Of a stretch of 51,589 nt of DNA, positions 23,588 through 36,300 are shown one piece after another. The notes below the pieces were generated by a model. The model saw only the letters and a list, made by a program, of their open reading frames with translations. It searched no databases and was not told the DNA's origin. The DNA is taken from positions 3,617,528 through 3,669,116 of the forward strand of contig NC_068982.1 of the NCBI RefSeq assembly GCF_001194135.2, written 5' to 3'. Each line of letters begins with the position of its first letter. Positions within the stretch are counted from its first letter, which is position 1. The position numbers and the translations under genes were made by a program. This stretch comes from Octopus bimaculoides. Taxonomy: Eukaryota.

Positions 23588-23853
23588 TTAAATCGCATTA
23601 ATATTCCGCTACTGTGCCTTGGAAATTTCTATGGAATTTTCAAGATGTTTCTCAGGCACCTTTGAAGTTTTCTTCGACGTTTTCTTCATCAGTATCAAAG
23701 TATAAAAACCATTCTAAACGCTCTGAAATCCTCAGAACACCTGAATTTATTTAGCAAGTTCAACAGACCATTGATTACAATTCCAGAAAGTCCATGAGGT
23801 CCATAATATATATGTATACATACATACATACATATATATATATATATGTATAC

Positions 23854-23901
<48 letters not shown>

Positions 23902-24122
23902 TTTATTTAAAAGCGGCAGTTTTGAATCTCTAAAGGAACAATTGATCTGGTATCCTCTGTAAAACAGCTACAGAACATCAGAATCCTGTCTTACTGGGGC
24001 TATTTTACAATCTTCGAAAGACTTTTGACACTACCTAACTCAGCTATTTCAATGGATCTAAAGTGATTCCTTTTCCTCTGTTTCTGCAGCGAACTCGGAG
24101 CTGTTCTGCTGCTGGCTCGTTC

Positions 24123-24233
24123 GCTGGACGATAAAAGGGATCTCGAAATTTGCTGGACGACAAAAGGGAACTCGAAATTTGCTGGACGACAAAAGGGATC
24201 TCGAAATTTGCTGGGTAATAAAAGGGATCTCAC
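24123..24233. repeat. 29-bp minisatellite GCTGGACGACAAAAGGGATCTCGAAATTT (~4 units)
   Basis: Units start at 24123, 24152, 24181 and 24210. Confidence 0.95.
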
Positions 24234-24584
24234 TGTTTGCAGAGACGTTGTGAAACATCGCAAAACATTAACTCTCAACCAGTAAATATAGCAATGGGTC
24301 GCTACCTGTAACCCCATCAACAATCACTTTCAACTTGAACGCGATAGTCTGTCGATTGAAAACGTATAGTTAAACAACCGTAGGTCGATATCATTAAAGT
24401 CCTTAAAGCCTTCCATATTCTTTATTCAACCAGTAAAAGAAAATTATCCCGTTTATGGAAATGGGTCGACATAATTTAAGAGTAATTTCCCCACACCTCT
24501 TTTCCTTTCCAGATAAACTTTGTGAAAAAAACAAAAATTAAAGCGGCATTAATCCAGACGACAATCCAAACAGTTTCTCTAATC

Positions 24585-24752
24585 AATAGAGCATTTCGTC
24601 TGTCTTTACGTTCAGTGTTCAAGTTCTGCTGAGGTCGACTTTGCCTCTCGGGGTTCATAAAAAAAAGTACCAATTGAGCATTGGTGGTCGATGTATCGAC
24701 TTACCCCCCCCCCTCCCGAAATTGCTGGCCTTGTGTCAAAATTCGAAACCAT
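24585..24752 (+). mobile_element. SINE family B
   Basis: CATTTCGTCTGTCTTTACGTTC..GAGGTCGACTTTGCC..GTACCA..GTCGATGTATCGACTTA..CTGGCCTTGTGTCAAAATT. Confidence 0.85.
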
Positions 24753-25469
24753 TATATATAATTAATTTTGCGAGTATGAAGGTTGAATGGTAGAGTTGTT
24801 GTTTATGCAAATTAAAATCAGCAACTCATGTCACCTATAAGCCATAATATACACTTGAAAGGCAAATCAATGGAATGAGAAATCGAATCCATTAAAATGG
24901 GATTTCGATTATATCTGAATCAGATATTTTATTATGTCTTTGATCCTTTGAAGTCGAATAAGCTTTGTTATTTGTTTCGTTTGATGTCGTTCGTGGCCTT
25001 CGAAGGAACCAGTAAGAGCGGTCAAATCGGTGGCGAGGTGGGTTAACACTCCCGTTGGTCTCTGAGGTTTATGAGAAGCTTAACTTTACCTAACTCAATA
25101 CTCAACCATCACACCCCCTTTTATCACCACCACCACCACCCCCACACTAGCAATTTCAACTCTATAAAGGAGAAAAAATGTATGTTGTATCGAATAAAGT
25201 GAATAAGGAAATGAGAAGTAGCAGTAAACAATGTGATGCAGTCTCTCCTGAAATGGCGACAGTCAATGTCCACTCTCATATGCAAAATTGATCCGGTCGG
25301 GATTTGAACTCAGATTAGCAAACGAAAACACTTATCCTAAAACGATCAATTCGATGTTCTAACAACTCTGCCAATTGTGAAGGATTGTATAGTGAACCAA
25401 ATTATTGAAGCAAACAGTAAATATGTATATAAGTAACTAAGTACGTAGGTATGTTTGTACGTATATAGT

Positions 25470-25778
25470 AGTAAACCGCCAGTTCTAACCGTGGTCATGA
25501 GTTCGATTTCTGGCGGCACGTTGTGACCATGAGTAAGACGCTTAATTTCACGTTGCGCCAGTCCACTCATCTGGCAAAAATGAATTGTACCTGTAATTCA
25601 AAAGGTTCAATTTCACTCTTTCACATTCTGTGTCATGCTGAATCTCCTTGAGAATTATATTTAGGGTACATGCACATGCAGAGTGTTCAGCCACTTACAC
25701 GTTCGTTTCACGAGCAGGCTGCTCCAATGATCGGATCAAGTGGAACCCTCGTCGTCGTAACAGACGGAGAGCTAGTTA
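25470..25778 (+). mobile_element. SINE family C
   Basis: GAGTTCGATT head, central TTGTGACCATGAGTAAGACGCTTAATTTCACGTTG..CAGTCCACTCA, tail CACGAGCAGGCTG..GATCGGATCAA; homologous to 45062-45405. Confidence 0.7.
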
Positions 25779-26635
25779 TTCCAATATATCTGTCTTCCAT
25801 TCTATCTGCTATACCTAACATCAGGGAAACGCAGCTGGTAAAATAGTTTGGGTTTATAGTCGGATGGAAGATCACTAGTTTCTATATCAACTCCAGCGTT
25901 TTTCAGCGCTTCTGATATAAAAAAGGAAACGTAACACTTAATTCTGCTTGAACCATACAGAAATCACTGATATAAAAGGCACCATAAAACGGTGTGGCAG
26001 CGAAATATAACGTTTGTTTCGTTAGATAAGTAGCACTGAATTCAAAACGAGGTTGATCCATTAGTTCATCCATGACAGTGTCCTATGTTATACTTAAGCA
26101 CAATGAATTTGCTTATTACCCAACCGAAGATCTGATGTGGGGATGTGTTGCATGACTGAGATGTTAACAGTTTATCGTGGCTTAGATGTAACATTTAACT
26201 CATCTTGCAGAGTATTTTTTATGCTCTAATCATCTGCTCAGCAACAGCCAATGAAATATAACTTCATGACTGATGTGTGATTCATTAACTGTCTATGCTA
26301 AGTCACATGCTTCCTAAAGGGAAAAAAGACATTTGATAGACTAACGTTTTAATAAAAGGGAGGGCTATATCAATCAATTTATTAACGCCCTGAAAACTCG
26401 GATAAACGACAGCAACCGTCGGATTTTACAACGGATACATCTCAGAGGGAGATAACGAAGAAAAGAATCTATAAAGAAAGATTCTGTGTAGATTCAATTA
26501 AGGGTTCCCCCACTTTAATCTCCGCTCATCCCCGCCCTCGCAGTATATTTGAATCTTGTGATTGAATTACAAAAAATAAATAAATGTCTACCTGTCTATC
26601 GGTCCACTACGCCGACATATCTACCTCCCTCGCTC

Positions 26636-26685
26636 CTTCTCTCTTTCTCTCTCTCTCGCTTCCTTGCTCTCTCTCTCGCCTCCTT

Positions 26686-26733
<48 letters not shown>

Positions 26734-26843
26734 CTTATCTATTTACCAATCAATCAACTTTTCTCAATTTCATTCGGTCAGCTTTTCATGGAAAAGAAAC
26801 ATCTAAACTAGCAACACACCCACAGAACTCTAATTTACAACAT

Positions 26844-26893
<50 letters not shown>

Positions 26894-27154
26894 TCTCTCT
26901 CTCTCTCTCCATCTCTCTCTCTCTCCCCATCTCTCTCCATCTCTCTCACTTTTTCTTTCTGCCCTTTTCTTTTCCTTTTCTCTCCCCCCACCTCTCTCTC
27001 TCTCTCTCTCCTCTCTCTCTGTCTTTCTTATCTCTCGCTATCCCTCTATCTTCAAACAACCACGCACGCATGCACACATACACTCACACACACAAACGTG
27101 TGTGTGTATACGTACTACCCCCTCCCACATACACAGAAACAGATATATATTCTT

Positions 27155-27218
<64 letters not shown>

Positions 27219-27345
27219 TACATACATACCTATGTGTGTGTGTATGTATAATTACATCCATACTTATATACACACACATACATACCTATATATATATATA
27301 TACAAACATACTCAGAAGACAAGTCCATACACACACGCGCGCACA
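26636..27345. repeat. (CT)n tracts followed by CA/TA microsatellites
   Basis: Directly visible. Confidence 0.9.
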
Positions 27346-27472
27346 CACCACTTGACTAATCGAATTTTATCACCCGAAACTCTGTTATTAGAAGCAACAA
27401 AGTAGAAAGAACGTAATCAAATGGAGACCGTTGCTAACAAATTTCTTGAAGCAAGAAAAATAAATAAATACA

Positions 27473-27474
27473 CT

Positions 27475-27560
<86 letters not shown>

Positions 27561-27578
27561 GCACACACACACACACAG
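27473..27578. repeat. (CA)n-(CGCA)n-(CA)n compound microsatellite
   Basis: Directly visible. Confidence 0.95.
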
Positions 27579-28261
27579 TTATATACACACAGGCACACAT
27601 AAAGTGAGCGTGCATTACAGAAAAAAATAATAAAACCTCATTTTTTTATATTCCAACAGAGATATCTAAAACGATTTTCAATGAAATTTAGGACTACTAC
27701 TACTTCATTGAAAATGTTATTGTTGTCGTTGCTAAGCCCCAAATCTGCCCTCGCAGACCTATTATCCCAGGCGTTCGAGCTGTGATCGACACACTGTTTT
27801 GTATATCTCTCTTGTCGAATGTATGATTCTTTATTCAAGACAGAAGGGCTGCTATTTCTAGCAGCTCGAACTAATTGCGTAGCGGTCTTTCCCCTCATAG
27901 GCTCAAACACAAAACTTATAGAAAATAATCTTAGATAAACGCATTGAAAACTAAAATATCAAAAACAAAAGGAAAAGATATTGATTTGAACAATATATAT
28001 TCAGTTAGAGAGACAGCTGTGTGGCTGAGACGGTTCTGGGTTCGATTCTGCTCTGCGAATCCTAAGGCAATTGTCTTCTACTTTTGTTGTCTTGTGCATG
28101 GAAATTGGTTGACGGTGTGCGTGTGCAGTAGCGATACATACGTGTGTGTGTGTTTATGAATATGTACGTTTAGAAATTTGTGGCAAATATATATGACCAT
28201 CCTGAAATACAACTATATATATATATATATAAATTTGATCTGTATACATCTCTAATCTTTT

Positions 28262-28320
28262 TCAAATGGTGCACCAGCATGACCGCAGCCACTTGGCTGA
28301 AACACATAAATAAAATAAAA
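28262..28320 (+). mobile_element. Isolated 3' tail of the CR1/L2-type LINE
   Basis: GGTGCACCAGCATGACCGCAGCCACTTGGCTGAAACACATAAATAAAATA, the same tail variant as 554-600. Confidence 0.6.
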
Positions 28321-28335
28321 TATATATATATATAT

Positions 28336-28712
28336 ATTCTTTTACTTGTTTCTCATTTGTCTGTGGCCATGCTGGAACACCGCTTTTAGTCGAACAAATC
28401 GACCCAGGACTAATTCTTTGTAAGCGTTGTTCTTATTGATGTATTTTGCCGAACCGCTAAGTTACGATAATGTAAACACACCAACGTCGATTGTCAAGCG
28501 ATGGCAGGGTGGATGAAAACAAACAGACACACACACATAAATACATACATATACACATATATATACGACGGGCGTCTTTCAGTTTCCGTCTACCAAATCC
28601 ACTCACAAGCCTTTGGTCGGCCCGAGGCTATAGTAGAAGACACCTGCCTAAGATTCCACATAGTGGGACTGAACCCGGAACCATATGGTTGAGAAGTGAG
28701 CTCCTTACCTCC
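28336..28712 (-). mobile_element. Full-length SINE family A
   Basis: Reverse-complement homology to 3358-3793, with a central CA/TA tract. Confidence 0.9.
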
Positions 28713-29221
28713 TTGTCTATAATATACATAAAATAAAAACATGGCTGTTCCCTAGGAACCGACGTTACTGCTATTTTTAAGCCCAAGACGACACCTCCTC
28801 CAGCTGGTTATTTAAGCAATCAGTACCCGATATATATTGCAAGCAAGGGAGTGAACCCCTACAATCTCCCAGCCACGAGACCGTACGGTTTGGACCTCTT
28901 TGTCACCTTCGGTGGTGGATACTCGTTCGCTAGGGTTAGCAGTAGGTCACTCCAGCTCGAAATATATAGGAATCAAATGACACACAGCCATAGACCATGC
29001 AACAAGCAAATGAGCAACTTGTAGAATCTCTATAAGAGATGAAAGCAATAACTATACGGAGAATTAATGCTTATCGTCACATAAACATGGCTGCTCCTGT
29101 CGCAAGATCATAGCCCACTGGTGTGTTTTGTGTGTTTTTTCGCATATATTCCGCAACAAAGGTCGTTCCACATTCGAGTTAACATGAACGTGTTAAGTAT
29201 AGTTGAACAAACTTTTATATA

Positions 29222-30371
29222 CAGGGTTTCCCAAAACAAATATATATTTTAACAGGTGATAACTCAATTTGGACTTCTTTTTAAACTTAACCCGTTGAAA
29301 ATTGATTGCAGCTAGACTAAGCTTTGAACAAAGGACGTTTTGACTAAAGTGTGACTGGAAGACTGAAAACGCAGGTGAATCACAAAAGTAGTTTAGTAGG
29401 AGTTTCAAACAAGATCTACTTACGCTACTTACTAGCGTTCGAATTAGAGTTAAGTCTGAAGCAGATGGAACTGTTCATAATATCCATAAGAAATGTTTCG
29501 GAAGACCGCGGACATCGACCAACCCCACAAAGCATGAAAGGGTACCAGAAATGTATAATCAGAGTTCAAGGAAGTTTGAGTCGAGCGATTTCGTGAGATA
29601 GAAATTTCGAAGCAAGCCTGCGTCGCGTTTTGTCAATAGAAAAGTTTTATTCAAAGAATAGCCCATGCTGTCAATGGAAACGCGGACGGAAGATGGGAGT
29701 TTTGCGAGTGGTACATGGCAAGATGTGTAAAAGATATACACTTTCACAATTGCACTAACTAGGGACTTGAGAATCTGCATATTACACAGGAACATCACGT
29801 TAACTTGCCAGGAGTTACAGTTTGGAGCGACTTACCATTCTTTTTTATGGTACTTTGACAGGTCCTATGCATCTTTTGTTGAGACACTTTATCATGCCAA
29901 GCGTTCAAGTGGACTTTGAAGATGTGGCGTTTTATTTCCAGCAAGATGGAGTACTTCTACATTGCCATAGTAATATTATAAGGGCCGACGTTGATGAGAT
30001 TTTGCCATGGGCGGATTGGACAAAGTTTCAGAATAACCTCCGCATTCATCGGGCTTCACACGAGATATCTTTTAATAATGATACTTGAAAGGTAAAATTT
30101 ATGGTCCAAAAACTGCAACAGTCGACGAATTCAGAGCAAGAGCAACCATTGAACAAGAATTCACAAAAATAGCAAATGAAGTGTTTCCTGATATTTCCGA
30201 TTCCATTACTTTGCGCTATTAGAAGTGCCTGGACCAGAACGGTCGTTAGTTTGAAAATAGGCGTTCATAAAACATTAAATTCTTTCTGAAGACTATTAAA
30301 TTTTGAAAGTGAAATGTATTTTAATAAATACTGATTTTATAAATGTCTGTATACCTTTTGGGGACACCTTG
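29222..30371 (+). mobile_element. Tc1/mariner transposon with both TIRs and TA TSDs; transposase pseudogene (rosa/maT-like, DUF4817-type N-terminus; subfamily tentative)
   Basis: TA-CAGGGTTTCCCAAAA...TTTTGGGGACACCTTG-TA. Remnants RLSFEQRTFL..KTEN..EADGTVHNIHKKCFGRPRTS, WEFCEWY, HHVNLPGVTVW, FYFQQDG and KCLDQNGR. Confidence 0.85.
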
Positions 30372-30399
30372 TACGTGTGTGTGTGTGTGTGTATTTCTT

Positions 30400-30452
30400 T
30401 TATTTTTTATTCACTTCAGCCATGCGGCTGCAGTCATACTGGAGCACCACCA
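30400..30452 (-). mobile_element. Isolated 3' tail of the CR1/L2-type LINE
   Basis: Minus strand GGTGGTGCTCCAGTATGACTGCAGCCGCATGGCTGAAG. Confidence 0.55.
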
Positions 30453-30454
30453 TG

Positions 30455-30492
<38 letters not shown>

Positions 30493-30529
30493 NNNNNNNN
30501 NNNNNNNNNNNNNNNNNNNNNNNNNNTAT

Positions 30530-30915
30530 ATATATGGGCCACCTTGCCGAAGAGAGAACAACATCTCCTTACGGCGCAGAGAGCCATGGAAAAGTCGATG
30601 CTAGGAATCTCGCTAAAAGATCACATCCGGAACGAGATGATCAGGGATAGAACTGGAGTGAAGGGCGTCGTCGCAGAATACCACCACGCAAAGCTACGAT
30701 GAGCCGGTCCTGTCGCAAAGTTCACAAACGATCGGTGAACCTGTGGAATTGTCGAATGGTTCTCGTGCGACCGGAAGTTACCACTCGGAAGACTTCCAAT
30801 CAGGTGAGATGATTTAAGAAAAATATTTGGAACAACGTGGAGGAGAATGGTGAGAACACGAGTGGAATGGAGTGCATGCTGTGGCCAGTGGAGAGACTCG
30901 GCAGGCTGGCCAGTC
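30530..30915 (+). mobile_element. 3' end of RTE-clade LINE ORF2
   Basis: WATLPKREQHLLTAQRAMEKSMLGISLKDHIRNEMIRDRTGVK..KLR*AGPVAKFTNDR*T..VEWFSCDRKLPLGRLP (cf. RWAGHVAR..RWT..W.PR..KRP.GRP). Confidence 0.88.
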
Positions 30916-32774
30916 CAAGTGATATTGGGCTTGTCTCCATTGGTTGTTGCTGTTAGATTTCAAACACCATTCGATGCAATGATCCTCTCAGTTAATCGAA
31001 GACTTTCAACTTCCTTTATGCAGCGTGCTTAGAATGGAAGGGTATTAATCAAGAATCGAAATCCCTGCGTCAGGTTCGATTCGCCGGTCGATTATCTTTT
31101 ACTCTTTAGCCCACGTCTTCAGAAGTGGAATATTACTGCCTTAGTAAGATTAAGATTGTATGTTACGAGAGATGAAGTTAGTTGAATGGCTTCGGAATGA
31201 ATAATGTCAGTCATTCATGGATGAATTCGAACTCCCAGCTGCGATATACCGAACTACTTAGATTTCGAGGATTCCTCGAGAAAACGATGAAGAATCGTAG
31301 AATATTGAATTTTTTTTTAATCTGAAGAGGTTTCTAAAACATCAATGACAACGATGAATTTATGATATTTGTTCATTAATCCAAGTCTTTTAAAGATTCT
31401 TTCAAAAATCTCCCGTTAAGTAAAGAGTTTATATTCCTCTGGGTGCGCAATATTGGCTTTTGTTTCGTTCGTATCGATAATGCCATTACCTGATTCACTC
31501 ACTACACTCCTCTCGGTTTTAATAATTTTAAAAGTTGAATTGTTTTGTGGTGTCTTAAGTATTTTGATGTTGTCCTAGTGAGAGGTTATGTATGAGAGTC
31601 AATAGCAATATTGTGTAAATTTTATTACTCGTATAATACATTATATAAGCAATAAACATGTTTCGTTTTACTGCCGTTCTTCTATCAACAGAACATTAAT
31701 TCTTGGTCGAAATTCTAGGAATTCAGTTTTTATATATTTAAAGGTAGCGTAGCTTCAATGAGGTTGGAAACACTTGCCGCAATGCAGTAACTGTCTTTCT
31801 ACCGTCTCACTCAGATTCTTTACCTTATGTTTTGGGTTCGCTGGGTATTTTTTTTTTCCTTTTCCTTGTTCTTTTTTATTTCATTTTTTAAAAAAATATT
31901 TCAGTAAGATTTTGAATGACAACTGAAATAAGACACGGATTTCGTGAGTCTATGTATTTGTGTGTTTACGCGCGTGTGTGTGTGTGTTTGTGTATGCGCT
32001 TGTGTGTGTGTGTGTGTGTACACGCGAGTGTGTATGGGTATGATTAGCATTGGGAAATATTTTCTTGTTAAAGTTCTTCGTTTCTGTCACTTTTTATAAT
32101 CATTAAATTTGTTGCTGAAAACTTGCTGTCGTCGTCTTCGTTATCCTTGTCACTGTCAGTGTTTTTGATGCTGTTGTTGTTGTTGTCAGCTTTCGAACTA
32201 TTGGATTCCTACTCAAAGACGGGTCATCACTGCCTACTTGTTGTTGTTGTTGTTGTTAGTGTTTCTACTTTTTAACTCTTGAATTTTAGTAAATGTTGTT
32301 GTTGTTGCAGTTGTTACTGGTGATGTTCTTGTCGTTATTGTTGTTCTTGCTTTTGTTGTCGCCCATTTTGCAGCATCTTTTTCTTACATATTCCTTCGAA
32401 TCTCGAAATCTTGATTACAAGGAGTCTTAAGGACCTTCAGTATATTTACTGTTCCCAACCTGAAACTCACCGTAACCTAGGAAACTTGAAATTTCACATT
32501 ACAAGGAAGCGTCTAAACAGTCTCTTTATCATCAAGAAATAGAAGCTAAAATCTTCCTCGAATTATATTCTACCATCTACAGAAAACAGGATAAGGGCCT
32601 CTATATATGGTAGGAGAGAGGGGGAAGTTATACTCAGGCCGTAGGTAGGATCCTTGCAAGAGAATGGACTCTGCTAAAGATACCTAAAAACCAGACGGTG
32701 ATTTTAAACAGATTTTAAACGTACCACCCAAAGATAGCTGCCCCACCAAGGGACCTCCTTACAGTTTCCAGCTG

Positions 32775-32895
32775 CCAAATTCAGTTACCTGACCCCATGC
32801 ATATGGTAGACGACACCTGCTCAAAGTACCGCACAACGGGATCGAACTTGGGACCATTGTATGTGTGAAGCGAACTTAACAACATGGCCATGTTT
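32775..32895 (-). mobile_element. SINE family A 5' half, degenerate
   Basis: TGGTAGACGACACCTGCTCAAAGTACCGCACAACGGGATCGAAC..ACCAT. Confidence 0.5.
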
Positions 32896-32944
32896 GTGCG
32901 TATGGGACAATATGCTCCTTTGTTTTCTTTTTATGATAAGTACA

Positions 32945-33095
32945 AGGTCTGAAAATTTGGCGGAAGTTACTAATTTTATCGACCTTCAAATGGCAAAAAG
33001 CAAAGTCAGCCTCGGTTGACTTTGAACTCAGAACGTAAGCAGCCGATGTAAATGGCGTTAAGCATTTTGTCCAACGCACTTACGATTCTGCCACC
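32945..33095 (-). mobile_element. SINE family B
   Basis: GGCAAAGTCAGCCTCGG..TTTGAACTCAGAACGTAA..AAGCATTTTGTCCAACG..ACGATTCTGCCA. Confidence 0.75.
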
Positions 33096-33559
33096 TGAAC
33101 ACCTTGTTGTCCTCGTAGACGTATAAAAGAAAGCGGTGGTCATGACTTGAACGGCATTGATCATAGGTTTTCTCGATCGGGGTTGAACTGGATCTAAATA
33201 ATCCCAGCAGTTTCACATTGCAGGAATGTTTTATTACTGGGGGATCCGGATGAGTCAGAGCAGGGAGGGGAGAGAGAGGTGGAGAGATATTTTGAGTGTC
33301 ACATAGCCAACCCACGGCCGAGTTCAGTTAATATCAGATTAAAGGCCAATAATAATAATAATCATAATAATAATAATAATAATCTAGTATTTCAGTATAA
33401 CAAATCCTCTGGTGCTGTCGTATGATGTTACAAAACCTGCAATTCAGCAGGTTCGTGAAAATGTTATGCATGAATCACAACAATTCTTCATTTATGCCGC
33501 TTCAATCCGACATGAAAAGTTCATATTATAAAGCTGGAAAAATGCGTTTTTAATCCCGA

Positions 33560-33648
33560 AACATGCAATGATGATGATGATGATGATAATAGTAGTGATG
33601 ATGAATTATTCTCGTCACCTCCACCGCGATTATCGTCATCATTATCAG

Positions 33649-33688
<40 letters not shown>

Positions 33689-33862
33689 TATAAGTATCAT
33701 TTCCATTGTCATCATCCTTTAACTTCATCAACATAATGATCATGATAATGGTCACGATGAATTAAAAGAAATATGAGAATACTTCTCTCTCTCTCTCTCT
33801 CTCTTTCTTTCTCTCTTTCTCTTTCTCTCTCTCTTTCTCTTTCTCTCTCTCTNNNNNNNNNN

Positions 33863-33921
<59 letters not shown>

Positions 33922-33925
33922 TCTC
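33560..33925. repeat. (ATG)n, (ATT)n and (CT)n microsatellites
   Basis: Directly visible. Confidence 0.9.
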
Positions 33926-34379
33926 ACCCCCAATATCGGTTATTACAATATACACTCGCAGAAAAGCGAATCATCTGGCTTTAACCATCGTGTGATAGAA
34001 AAAATTTATGACTGAAATAAATCTGTTTATTGTTTCGTAAAACGGGAAGTAACCAAAACACCAAAATAAAGAAAAAAAACAATGATAACGATGACGACGA
34101 CGATGATGATGATGATTTCTTTATTAGCCATCAGAGCTCACGTAAAAACATGGACATTGCAAGGACAGGAGAGAGGTTTTACGTGTAAACAAAATGTAAA
34201 CAAAAGCAAACTTGATAATAAAAATTTCAACAAGGAAAATTGCCCAAAAGTAGGAAGACGCCCGAGGAAGAGGTTCGAGGAAGTCCTCCGTGGTCTACCT
34301 GGGAAAATTCCACAAATGAACGGTCACTCCTGACCACTAAATCAAGCAGCTTTCTCTAAGCTGCTCTCCAATTCTCTAA

Positions 34380-36300
34380 AAGTGCAGGGTCAGAGCAGAA
34401 ACGTTCGTATGCCACCCTCTTCAACGAATTGCCTGGAAGGCAGCACTTCACTGCCCCCCTCCTCCACCCCATTGACTTCTTAAGTGAAATTTGAGAAAAG
34501 TTGCTAAATGTTTTGCTCAGTCTTAAGCTGTTTCAATCTCGTCCCCCACAAAATCTCTTTTGTCTTGGCCACCAGACAGATAAAGGCTGCCTGTCCATCC
34601 CGATTAAAGAAAGGCGAGTACATTCAGTCATCAAAATGGACTCGGCTGGCAGTCGGATCCGTTCTACGCATGGCTGAATCTCCTCAACACAACTCAATAG
34701 AACAACTTCGAAATAACAAACCAGCAAGGCTTGGGTACAACGTGGGTCTCTTGCAAAACGGTCTTGTCGCTCTACGTGCATCTCAGGCATCTCTGGCAGA
34801 CGGTACTTCCGTGCCAAGAAAGTTTATTTCAAACCGGCAATCACCCTTCGAGCAAGGGATTTCTGGAGATTATCCATAAACCCTCGGTGAAAATCCACCA
34901 GAACAGACTAACCACTTCTGGAAATTATACCTGGGAAATTATAACCTGAAATATAGGTTTCTCGGAAAAGGTCATTTTATTGGTTCCTCTTTGACGTCGT
35001 GCTAGAGAACGACGTCGCTTGGGGATTGGTCCTTATCCAACCTCTCTATGATGTATCACATGTGATAAAGGCTGTCATGTATAGAACTGTTCGGGATGGC
35101 GCATGTCTCTGCGCATCATAAGCTATCGGTGTCAAGTGTCAACATCATCGCTAATACACTGGAAAAAATAATGAACTCTGCATTTAGAAGAGTAATTGGG
35201 CTGAAAATTATTGACGTAGTCCCTATTATTCGGGTCCTTTCTCAGCAAGTTCACCACTCCTTGACAAAGAGAAGTGAGAACTGTCAAATACGGCTGCCTG
35301 TTGCAGTAGGCATCTGCCAATGGATCGCTGAACTGGTGCGGCATATAAGCATGAAGCTCGTAGGACAGACTAGCCAAACCAAGAGATTGCCCTTCTTGCA
35401 AGTTAGCCAACGCTTCCTGCATTTCAATGGCTATTATTGGACTTTCGCAACGTAACAACTCCGTTTTCAAGAGTTGGAATAGACCCTCGAGACAGACACA
35501 CGATCCGTCCCGCCGTACGTCCCGAACAATTGAACGAAGCGCCGCTAAAAAAAAGCTGCACCCATCTCAGAATCGTGTAGCACGAGTTCATGATTCTCCA
35601 AAAACTGAATTGTGCCACAACCACGCTTTCATGAATGCCTCTTCAAGATTTCTAACTAGCTCTCCTTGTAGTCGAGTTTTTCACTGTTGCTGCTTTCTTA
35701 CATAATCCTACTGATTCTACTTTAACAGCCCATTTCAGGGCGGACTACTATTAGCTCTGGCTTTATGTAAACATACTATTCGTCCGTGACGATTGCCACC
35801 GTCACGGCCGCTTTACTAATTCACTAATTCGGTTTCCGTTAGCCTCATCCGGAACGCTTCCAATAACCGGGTCTGTTGGTCTGTGTAATCGATGCAGTTT
35901 GACTATATTCACATTGGAACATTTAGGAAATATTTAATCGATACCTACGAAACATTTGAAAACATCCGAACAGGTTTGCGGAGCTTTTGTAACTCTTCTA
36001 TCACACAGTCTAAGCATACATCCAAGGCGGTTTTCCAGTCACCCACTAGCACGAAAAGAGCGGCACTTTCTTCAGAAGACTTTTCAATGCCAAAAGAAAT
36101 CTGGCCGCCCTACCTAAAGGTATGGCCTTCGCTCTTACTCACGCTCAACACCTCCAAGTTAACTTCTGGATTAAGGAAAGTCGTCTGAATCACAAGATCA
36201 GGACCTTTCCAAAAGACAACAATCTGCATCCCGATCCCGGCCCAGTTGTTTTCCCCTTGTAGCCTCGAAAAATGGCCATGTATACGGGCATTCTCTTGGG
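34380..36300 (-). mobile_element. Decayed Tx1/L1-clade LINE ORF2 (APE, RT and C-terminal region); may extend to ~37050
   Basis: Minus strand FVLVGDWKTALD (APE GDWN motif, ~36019-36056), GQSLGLASLSYE..QGVVNLLRKDPNNRDYVNNFQP (cf. GKSPGLDGLPYE..RGVVTLLRKDP..NFRPI) and MDNLQKSLA..DPRCTQ..RIRLPAESI. Confidence 0.75.

Noticed and set aside
24123-24233. CRISPR-like 29-bp repeats here, and 27-bp repeats at 4140-4240
   Set aside because: The units are contiguous without unique spacers, there are no cas genes, and the context is eukaryotic
28262-28390. Apparent inverted repeat around a (TA)n tract
   Set aside because: It is explained by a LINE-type tail (+) and a SINE A tail (-) inserted independently; the arms are different tail variants
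32427-32476. Possible short minus-strand terminal exon (acceptor TTTCCTAG, GYGEFQVGNSKYTEGP*), and similar candidates near 31400-31590 and 33395-33455
   Set aside because: They are too short, have no recognisable homology, and splice-like signals are common by chance; RNA-seq is needed
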